A stretch of DNA of 16,935 bases from Bdellovibrionia bacterium (GTDB taxonomy: Bacteria; Bdellovibrionota; UBA1018). This document shows, one piece after another, positions 1-7,231 of this stretch (within the stretch, counting starts at the first letter, position 1; the number at the start of each line of letters is the position of its first letter). The stretch lies in assembly GCA_049424145.1 (NCBI GenBank), contig JBMSSC010000054.1:1-16935 (forward strand), in the 5' to 3' direction. The notes beneath the pieces were generated by a model. The model was not told the origin of the DNA. It saw nothing but the letters and a program-made list of their open reading frames with translations, and made no database searches. The translations under genes were made by a program, and so were the position numbers.

Positions 1-252
1 TGAAGCTTCAACGGCAGACTCTTGCCGCCTCTGACTTCGAGCCCGAAGGCTTAAACTCACCATCACAACTGAAAACCCACCCATCAAAGCACACGAAAAT
101 AGGTTTAAATTCGTTTGAGTCACAGGGTCCACACGACTGAAGATGCCCGCGCCCAGTAAGATCAGACTCACGGACCCAAAGAACACGCCGATCACAAACC
201 GGAGGTCGTCAAAAAGGTCCGAGAAAATTTCAGCAATCAGTTTCAGGCTCAT
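1..252 (-). CDS. Small two-TM membrane protein, probable partner of the SSS transporter (3' end runs off the window; not in the ORF track)
   Basis: Hand translation from ATG at 252: MSLKLIAEIFSDLFDDLRFVIGVFFGSVSLILLGAGIFSRVDPVTQTNLNLFSCALMGGFSVVMVSLSLRARSQRRQESAVEAS, open to base 1. Two hydrophobic segments. GAGGTG SD overlaps the symporter stop, and the ATG is 5 nt after that stop. Confidence 0.8.
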   Translation of the reverse strand, partial: MSLKLIAEIFSDLFDDLRFVIGVFFGSVSLILLGAGIFSRVDPVTQTNLNLFSCALMGGFSVVMVSLSLRARSQRRQESAVEAS

Positions 253-257
253 GATTC

Positions 258-1916
258 TCACCTCAGTACATAGTTCAGAGTAACCGTAGATGCGACCAGA
301 AGTAAAGCTAAAGGAACGGGCCTTAAGTACCAACTCTCCTGAGTTTTGGGGGGACGCGGAGTGAGACTGTACACCAGGCCCTGCATTTGTTCATCCGTCT
401 TAGGCTCGGTGACCAAACTCAAAAGCAGAGTCACCACAAAACAAGTAACCCACGCCACAATGGCAATTCCAAAAGCCTGGCCCATGCTTGAGGCGAATTG
501 ATGAACGGGGGCACTGAGAAGCCACCCTCCTTTTCCCTCAGCCTCAGTCACTCCATGAAACGCGGCAGCAGCCAGTGTGCCACACACCAATCCATAGAAG
601 GCTCCATTGGCGGTCGTGCGCTTCCAAAACATTCCTAGCAAAAAGGTAGCAAATAACGGGGCATTGACAAATCCAAAGACCAGTTGCAGCAGATCCATGA
701 TGTTATTGAAACTTCGGGCCAAGTAGGCCGTAGCAATGGACACTAAAATCCCTACAATCGTGGTGAGTTTACCAACGAACAGGTAATGAGAGTCTGAGGC
801 GTCTTTTTTGACATAGGCTTGATAGATATCAAACGTGAACACGGAATTAAACGCCGTGACGTTTCCAGCCATGCCCGACATAAAAGAGGCCATCAAAGCC
901 GTCAGTCCCACACCCAAAAGCCCAGGGGGATAAAAATGACTCAAGAGCATGGGTAGCGTCATATCGTAATCCACTCGCCCATCGACCTTCAGTGGCAATT
1001 GAAACGAACTTCCCGCTTGAGCAAGCGAGATGGCAATTAAGCCCGGGATGATCACCACAAAGGGCAGTAAGATTTTTGGCATGGCCGCAATCAGAGGGGT
1101 CTTTTGAGCGGCAGAGAGGTTTCGTGCCACCATGGCCCGCTGGACCACCAAAAAATCCGTGCACCAATACCCAAAGGAGAGCACAAAGCCTAGGCCCATG
1201 GCCATGCTCCATAAATCAACACCCATGGGATTCTCAGAGGCAGATCCCATGTACTGCCAGAGGTGAGTCATGACAGGCGGCAGCGACTCTCTCATCTGGG
1301 ACCACCCGCCGGCATGATGCAAGCCCACATAGACTAGGGGAATTACGCCTAATACGATGAGAAAAAACTGAAGCACCTCATTGTAGATGGCACTCGTAAG
1401 CCCACCCAAAAGCGTATAAACCAAGACGATCCCTGCTGAGAGGAGAACGGACACTTCAAAACTCCAACCCAAAAGGGTTTGAAGCAAGATGGCGAGCGCA
1501 TAAAGGGAGATCCCCGAGGAAAAAACCGTCATTGTCGCAAAGGAGAACGCATTAAACGCTCGGGTTTTTTCATCAAACCTGAGCACAAGGTACTCAGGCA
1601 CGGAGCGCGCTTTACTTCCGTAGTAAAAGGGCATCATAAAAACACCCAGAAAGATCATGGCAGGAATGGCTCCTAACCAGTAAAAATGACTGGTCATGAT
1701 GCCGTACTTGGCGCCTGAGGCAGTCATTCCGATAAACTCTTGAGCCCCGAGGTTAGCCGAGATGAAGGCGAGGCTAGTGATCCAAAGAGGAATCGAGCGA
1801 TTGCTCATCAAATAATCATTACTGTTTTTGATCTTCTTCTTAAGCACAGCGCCGATGGAGATCACAAACACAAAATATAAGCCAATAATGGAGTAATCAA
1901 TCCAAGTGAGTTTCAT
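258..1916 (-). CDS. Sodium:solute symporter (SSS/SLC5 family), probable Na+/galactose or galactoside transporter
   Basis: Polytopic membrane protein with SSS motifs (ISANLGAQEFIG, SVPEYLVLRF, YTLLGGLTSAIYNEVLQ, YWCTDFLVVQRAM, ASFMSGMAGN). ATG at 1916 has AGGA 10 nt upstream; TTG at 1925 is the alternative start. Substrate is inferred from galK/galT context. Confidence 0.92.
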   Translation of the reverse strand: MKLTWIDYSIIGLYFVFVISIGAVLKKKIKNSNDYLMSNRSIPLWITSLAFISANLGAQEFIGMTASGAKYGIMTSHFYWLGAIPAMIFLGVFMMPFYYGSKARSVPEYLVLRFDEKTRAFNAFSFATMTVFSSGISLYALAILLQTLLGWSFEVSVLLSAGIVLVYTLLGGLTSAIYNEVLQFFLIVLGVIPLVYVGLHHAGGWSQMRESLPPVMTHLWQYMGSASENPMGVDLWSMAMGLGFVLSFGYWCTDFLVVQRAMVARNLSAAQKTPLIAAMPKILLPFVVIIPGLIAISLAQAGSSFQLPLKVDGRVDYDMTLPMLLSHFYPPGLLGVGLTALMASFMSGMAGNVTAFNSVFTFDIYQAYVKKDASDSHYLFVGKLTTIVGILVSIATAYLARSFNNIMDLLQLVFGFVNAPLFATFLLGMFWKRTTANGAFYGLVCGTLAAAAFHGVTEAEGKGGWLLSAPVHQFASSMGQAFGIAIVAWVTCFVVTLLLSLVTEPKTDEQMQGLVYSLTPRPPKTQESWYLRPVPLALLLVASTVTLNYVLR

Positions 1917-1921
1917 AAGGT

Positions 1922-3040
1922 TCAAATCCTAGTCAGTGTTGATCGTTGAGCGGGAACCAAGATGCGAGGCTCAATGCCCGTGCGCTTTTGATACTCGGAG
2001 CCAATCTGAAGGGCGGTTGCAGGACCTTGATGAGGATGAACTAAGGCCACGATGGATCCGCCAAAGCCTCCTCCAGTGAGCCGCGCTCCGTAGACGCTGG
2101 GCTGCTGACAGGTCAACTCCACCAAAAGATCAATCTCGGGAATTGAAACTTCATAATCATCACGCATCGATGCGTGGGACTCCCGAAAGAGCTCGCCTAA
2201 CCGAGAGAGATCCTGAGAGCGAATCGCCTGAACGGCTGCCAAGACACGATCGTTTTCTTGAATCACATGACGAGCGCGCTTTTGGAGCAAAGGGGAAATC
2301 ACCTTGAGCCTAGGCAAATCCGAGACCCCCAAATCTCTAAGCTCTGAGACGCCGAGTTGTTCACAGGCTTGCTCACACTCCGAGCGGCGCGTGTTATAGC
2401 CTCCCCCGCAGTTGCGATGCGAGACGCCTGAGTGAATCACCATCAGCTCTACATTCTTGGGGAGAGCGACTTTTTGATACTCCATGGAGCGTGTGTCTAG
2501 GAACAGGGCAATCCCGGGCTCAGCCAAGCTGCAAGCCATGGGATCCATGACTCCCACGCGTGCACCCACAAAATCGTTCTCCACTTTCTGGCTCAACCGA
2601 GCAATCTCCACATCTCCTAACGAAAGAGAAAACCCCTGGCGCAGGGCTCGCATGAGGGCCACTTCTAGAGCAGCCGAAGAGGATAATCCCCCTCCCATCG
2701 GAATCTCTGAATGAATCACGGCATCAAAGCCTGAGATCGAAAACCCCTGACGCTTGAGCACGTGGGTGACCCCTTGAACATAATCCAGCCATCCAGAGGA
2801 TCTCTGCTCATGACCTAGGGAATACTCAAGAACCTGGCCTGCGTCCTCCACACTGGTGCTGGACACGCGAACCCGATCGGTGCCGTTGGGCCTCATCTCA
2901 ATGCTTGTTTGCTGCGGGATCAGCGTTGGCAGAACAAAGCCCCCGTTATAATCCGTATGCTCGCCAATGAGATTCACTCGGCCTGAGCTTTGCACCCGGA
3001 TCGTGGGCTCCACCCCCAAAATTGACTTCAAACTTTTCAT
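1922..3040 (-). CDS. galK: Galactokinase
   Basis: GRVNLIGEHTDYNGG signature, GHMP motif IPMGGGLSSSAA, GARLTGGGFGGS. ATG at 3040 overlaps the upstream stop (ATGA), so it is preferred over 3067. Confidence 0.96.
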   Translation of the reverse strand: MKSLKSILGVEPTIRVQSSGRVNLIGEHTDYNGGFVLPTLIPQQTSIEMRPNGTDRVRVSSTSVEDAGQVLEYSLGHEQRSSGWLDYVQGVTHVLKRQGFSISGFDAVIHSEIPMGGGLSSSAALEVALMRALRQGFSLSLGDVEIARLSQKVENDFVGARVGVMDPMACSLAEPGIALFLDTRSMEYQKVALPKNVELMVIHSGVSHRNCGGGYNTRRSECEQACEQLGVSELRDLGVSDLPRLKVISPLLQKRARHVIQENDRVLAAVQAIRSQDLSRLGELFRESHASMRDDYEVSIPEIDLLVELTCQQPSVYGARLTGGGFGGSIVALVHPHQGPATALQIGSEYQKRTGIEPRILVPAQRSTLTRI

Positions 3041-4119
3041 AGTCTCACCCACAAATCCGGTCGCCACCGGCCTGCCACTTGGGTCATGGGCCAGTGAGGA
3101 TCCCGGGTTAAAAACTCCAATTGTCCATCGACGACCACCACGGTGTCCTCGATCTTTGCTCCCGGCAGACTGGGATTCCAGGCCAGCGCCATGTGATCCT
3201 CGATCTGCACTTCAGAACCCGGCAGGGCCACCACCTCACGAGAGAGGTAGCCTGTGGTGCCGCCTTGATGGTGATTGAGCTCCTCTTGAGGAAATCCTCG
3301 CTCGGTATAGGCAGAGGCGAGTGCTTGATAGGCTTGGCCGAGCGTGACGTTTGGTCTCGTCTTTTCAAAAACGCAGGCTTCAATTTCAGCCAAAAGACGA
3401 AACTGATGGATCTCTTGCTCGGTTGGAGGCTCAAAGAAGACAAAGCGAGTCAAATTGGCATAGAGTCCGTGACGACGAGCACAGAAAACCAGCATGGCCG
3501 AGCGCCCGAGCTTTTCTGAAGTCGGAACGGGATGACGATAGCGCACCCGCCGTCGCTCTCCCCCGACCAGCGTCAGCGTGGGGTGAATGCCGCGTTTCCA
3601 AAGAGCACTTGAACCTGCGGCCGCAAGCTGAAACTCACTCCAAGAGGGCTCGGCCGCATGTAAGGCCTCACGCATGGCTTGAGCAGCCTCTTCCCCCAGT
3701 TTTCGGTAGCGGGGCAATTCTTCTGGCAAAAGTCGGCGCTTAGCGTCCATCACCCTCTGCGGCAACGGCTGTTCCCCTGCCTCCGGACGATCGGATGCCA
3801 GCACTCCTCCACCGAGCTGAGCGTGAATCCAACGAGTCATGGATGGAGCATCATTCCATGCTCCGGCCCAGAACTGAAAGCCCGGGGGAATTTCCTCAGC
3901 CTCCAGGCGCTCACGCTCAATGGTGTTGGTCACAATCGTTGCGTCTTTTAAGGTGATCAGAACTTGAGCCACGCCCGTTTCAGTGGTGAGGATGACCACA
4001 CTGGATCCTCCACCCGTCACCCAACTCACCCAATCCACGCCTCTGAGTAAAACGGCAGACACGCCATGAGCCGACATGGCGCTTCGGATCAGGCTGAGCT
4101 TCTTATCCGTTTCACTCAA
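3037..4119 (-). CDS. M24 peptidase/creatinase (pita-bread) fold protein with degenerate metal site; function unknown
   Basis: Creatinase-like N-terminal domain plus C-terminal motifs RYRHP, GLYANLTR, HHQGGTTG, LAWNPS, KIEDT, which align with the aminopeptidase P motifs. TTG start with GAGGTG SD, overlapping the galT stop. Confidence 0.85.
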   Translation of the reverse strand: MSETDKKLSLIRSAMSAHGVSAVLLRGVDWVSWVTGGGSSVVILTTETGVAQVLITLKDATIVTNTIERERLEAEEIPPGFQFWAGAWNDAPSMTRWIHAQLGGGVLASDRPEAGEQPLPQRVMDAKRRLLPEELPRYRKLGEEAAQAMREALHAAEPSWSEFQLAAAGSSALWKRGIHPTLTLVGGERRRVRYRHPVPTSEKLGRSAMLVFCARRHGLYANLTRFVFFEPPTEQEIHQFRLLAEIEACVFEKTRPNVTLGQAYQALASAYTERGFPQEELNHHQGGTTGYLSREVVALPGSEVQIEDHMALAWNPSLPGAKIEDTVVVVDGQLEFLTRDPHWPMTQVAGRWRPDLWVRL

Positions 4120-5197
4120 GCTTCACCTCAACCGCTCGGAGTTCAGCTGCTTTGGCCTCAGGCAAGCTATCACTGGCAAACAAACCGGCACCGAGTTCAG
4201 TTCCTGCCAAAAACTTCAATCGACTCTCCGTTCGGTAGGGTGGATAAAACTCAAAATGAACATGGGAGTACTGGCGATCCTCCCCTTGAGTGGGGGCTTG
4301 ATGAATCACCATCAAGTAGGGAAAAGGCCTTCGCCAGAGCCCATCATATTTCAGGAGAACTGTTTTTAAAGCACGAGCCAGGTCCCGAATCTCGAGATCC
4401 GTGAGCTCTGCCAGCGAAGGAGCGGCGCGATGGGGAGCGATCCAAACTTCATAAGGATAGCGTGCACAGATGGGAACAAAGGCTGAGACGGATTCTCCGG
4501 CAAACACCATTCGCTCCTGCTCTTTTCTTTCCATTTGAATCAGATCTTCTAATAGTCCACGGCCCGTTTTCTCGGCATGGGCCTTCAACTGTGCGATTTG
4601 CTGAGCCGGCAGAGGGGGAACCACTGGGTAGGAATAAATCTGGCCATGCGGGTGATGAAGGGTCACACCGACTTCCACTCCTCGATTTTCAAACGGCATG
4701 ACGTAGTGAATGGCTGGATTCTGAGACAGCACTTGGTAGCGCTCCCCCCAGACGCGAATTAAAAGCTCGAGGTGATCGAGCGGGAGCTGCCCCAGACTAG
4801 AGGAGGGATCCTGAGTGAAGACGACCACCTCGCAGGCCCCCAAAGCAGGACGCGTGGGCACACTGAGCGCAGGAGCTTCCCCGCAATTCATGGTGAGCGT
4901 CGGGAATAAGTTTTCAAATACGGCAACATCATAGTTTCCAACGGGTAGTTCCGTGGGAAACTCCTCGGATCGGGAGGGTTTGAGGGGATTGTATTCAGGA
5001 GGAGGAAGAAACGTTCGCCCCTGGCGATGACTCGCATAGGCAACCCACTCGGCACGCAGAGGGTGCCACCGAAGATGAGGCTTAGCCACCACGGGCTCAG
5101 ACTGGGGACTGGGAGCGGAGGAAACGCCCTCAATCGCAGACCGTGAGTAGAGATGCAGGTTCCGACCGTCGGTTTTCTGAAGATGAAGCTTATGCAT
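4112..5197 (-). CDS. galT: Galactose-1-phosphate uridylyltransferase
   Basis: Catalytic HPHGQ motif (FENRG..GVTLHHPHGQIY), LRWHPLRAEWV, FENLFP, KFLAGTE. ATG at 5197 (MHKLHL..DGR) is preferred over the 5296 ORF start. Confidence 0.95.
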   Translation of the reverse strand: MHKLHLQKTDGRNLHLYSRSAIEGVSSAPSPQSEPVVAKPHLRWHPLRAEWVAYASHRQGRTFLPPPEYNPLKPSRSEEFPTELPVGNYDVAVFENLFPTLTMNCGEAPALSVPTRPALGACEVVVFTQDPSSSLGQLPLDHLELLIRVWGERYQVLSQNPAIHYVMPFENRGVEVGVTLHHPHGQIYSYPVVPPLPAQQIAQLKAHAEKTGRGLLEDLIQMERKEQERMVFAGESVSAFVPICARYPYEVWIAPHRAAPSLAELTDLEIRDLARALKTVLLKYDGLWRRPFPYLMVIHQAPTQGEDRQYSHVHFEFYPPYRTESRLKFLAGTELGAGLFASDSLPEAKAAELRAVEVKLE

Positions 5198-5215
5198 TGT
5201 TTCGAACCTAAGTGC

Positions 5216-5244
5216 TTCATATCTGAGATAAAAACTGAAAGCAA
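5216..5244 (-). promoter_or_regulatory. Possible sigma70 promoter of the gal operon
   Basis: TTGCTT-N17-TATGAA on the minus strand, ending 18 nt before the galT ATG. The -10 lacks the final T, so the match is weak. Confidence 0.3.
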
Positions 5245-5320
5245 GCAGCTTGGTGGAGAGGGATTCTAAGCAAGACCCCGCCGAAACAAGGGACAAAGGA
5301 CCAAGGGGAGAGAGAAAGAG

Positions 5321-5394
5321 AAAAAAAATTTATTTCGATGAGGAGAAAGCAGGAGAAAACGTACTCTCCTTTTTTCTGCTGCTTTCTCCTCATC
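5321..5394 (-). terminator. Long hairpin downstream of the permease, probable terminator
   Basis: Perfect 16-bp inverted repeat GATGAGGAGAAAGCAG (5337-5352) / CTGCTTTCTCCTCATC (5379-5394), extendable by 6 bp after one mismatch. A U8 tract follows 8 nt later on the minus strand. It begins 12 nt after the permease stop. Confidence 0.7.
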
Positions 5395-5406
5395 AAGCAG
5401 AAAATC

Positions 5407-6807
5407 TTAGGCTTTGACTTCGCTACCCTGATTCATCTGACTGAACTTGGAGCCGTAGACCCAATAGACTACGGCGCCCACGAGCAGACTCATGAGATAA
5501 GGCTTCCAGTTTTCAGGCAAAAGCTGGGTGAACAAGAAGAAGCAGAGAGCGCTTGAAGTCGAGGCCACCAAATACACAGCCGGACAACGAAAGGAGCGGG
5601 CTTCATGGGGGTTTTTGTAGCGCAGTACCATCACCCCGATGGAGACGAATGTAAATACGGAGAGGGTGGCCATGCTACTCAACTGACCTAAAGTCGATAC
5701 AGGCACCAAACCCGCCACAAGAGCCACCAATGCGCCGCCCAAGAAGATCCCAAAATGAGGTGTAGAAAAGCGTTTATTGAGCTTTGAAAAACACGCAGGC
5801 AACATCCCATCACGAGACATCACCATGGTGATTCGGGAGAAGCCGTAGATCTGAGAGAGAATCACGGTTGTCATCCCAGCAATGGCGCCGGTTGCCACTA
5901 ATTTCGCACCAAAATTCACACCATTGAGTCTTAAAGCATGAGCAATTGGCTCCGCATTATCCAAAGACGGATAGGGGGCGATGGCTGTCAAAAGCCCTGA
6001 GACGATGATGTACAGAATAGCAGAACCCACTAAGGAACCAATGATTCCAATGGGCAGATCGCGGTTGGGATTGCGACACTCTTCAGCCGAAGAAGCTAAG
6101 GTGTCAAACCCGGTGTAGGCCATAAAAATAAACCCTGCACCAGCCGTGATTCCAAACATGCCATTCGGAGCAAACACTTCCCAATTGGCCATATCAATAT
6201 AAGGAACGGCGGCGATAATGAAGCCTACAATGGCTGCCAACTTCACAACAACTAAAATTGCATTTAACTTGGCGGCTTCACTCGTTCCTCGGATCAAAAA
6301 GAAACTTAAAAACGCCACAATTAAAACGGCGGGAAGATTGATGATCCCTCCCTCGGAGGGGATCTTCACCAAAGCATCAGGAAGCACGACCCCGAGGTTT
6401 GCTAAAACGCCCGTAAAATACCCCGACCACCCTGCAGCCACCGTGGCCGCACCAAACGTGCAGAGCATCAGAACAGACCAGCCCACCAGTGCGGCAGGAC
6501 CTTCCCCAAGCGTCACATAAGCGTAGGAGTAAGCCCCACCCGAGACAGGAAGCATAGAGGCCAGCTCCGCATACGCTAGAGCCGTAAAAATACAAGCCAC
6601 CGCACTCAGAAGAAAGCTCACAGTAATCGAAGGACCGGCGTACTTCGCCGCAGCAAGACCGGTGAGAACAAAGATCCCGGTTCCAATGATGGAGCCTAAG
6701 CCTAACAAGACCAGGTCCATGGCGCCCAAGTTTTTCTTTAATTCGGTCTTTTGGGCTTCAGCTTGCACTTCTTTTAGGGTTTTGATGCGAAAAAATTTCA
6801 TCGCCAT
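5407..6807 (-). CDS. APC-superfamily amino acid permease (cationic amino acid transporter/YfnA-like)
   Basis: LGLGSIIGTGIFV, YAELASMLPVSGGAYSY, FMAYTGFD, EECRNPNRDLPIGI, SRDGMLP; about 12 hydrophobic segments. Start is 6807 or 6801. Confidence 0.93.
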   Translation of the reverse strand: MAMKFFRIKTLKEVQAEAQKTELKKNLGAMDLVLLGLGSIIGTGIFVLTGLAAAKYAGPSITVSFLLSAVACIFTALAYAELASMLPVSGGAYSYAYVTLGEGPAALVGWSVLMLCTFGAATVAAGWSGYFTGVLANLGVVLPDALVKIPSEGGIINLPAVLIVAFLSFFLIRGTSEAAKLNAILVVVKLAAIVGFIIAAVPYIDMANWEVFAPNGMFGITAGAGFIFMAYTGFDTLASSAEECRNPNRDLPIGIIGSLVGSAILYIIVSGLLTAIAPYPSLDNAEPIAHALRLNGVNFGAKLVATGAIAGMTTVILSQIYGFSRITMVMSRDGMLPACFSKLNKRFSTPHFGIFLGGALVALVAGLVPVSTLGQLSSMATLSVFTFVSIGVMVLRYKNPHEARSFRCPAVYLVASTSSALCFFLFTQLLPENWKPYLMSLLVGAVVYWVYGSKFSQMNQGSEVKA

Positions 6808-7087
6808 GAATTACAGCAACGATCCCCCAAAATCAAGGCGTATTCATTTTTTATTTTTTTTATTTAGAAAATAAAAATTCACTAATTCATAAAATGATTT
6901 ATTTTCTCTTAAAAAACAGTAAGTTAATCTGAGAAGAGAAAAAACAAAACAAGTAACGCAACGCATTAAGTTGAATTCAAATTCGACTCAAAAGACAGTC
7001 ACTCCCCGATGGGTGGATTTTTAGGCCCGCTCTGAAGCGTTCATGGGTTTTTCTCTATGAGTTCAACCCTTTGGCTCGAAAATCCTG

Positions 7088-7142
7088 TTGTGTATTCTGG
7101 AATGATTTGAGTATGGTTTCTCCAAACGCGAACGAAAACGCG
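7088..7142 (+). promoter_or_regulatory. Possible fadBA promoter with downstream direct repeat
   Basis: TTGTGT-N18-TATGGT (7088-7117), followed by AAACGCG at 7124-7130 and 7136-7142 (possible operator). Confidence 0.3.
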
Positions 7143-7231
7143 GTTACTAATGAGTCGATTAAAATGAGGGCACGAATGAATCAACCCAACGACTTTTCCA
7201 TCCATCCATGCTTCAAATACGAGGTGTTCCC

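Noticed and set aside
5198..5296. N-terminal extension of the galT ORF
   Set aside because: It overlaps the probable promoter and has no GalT-like character.
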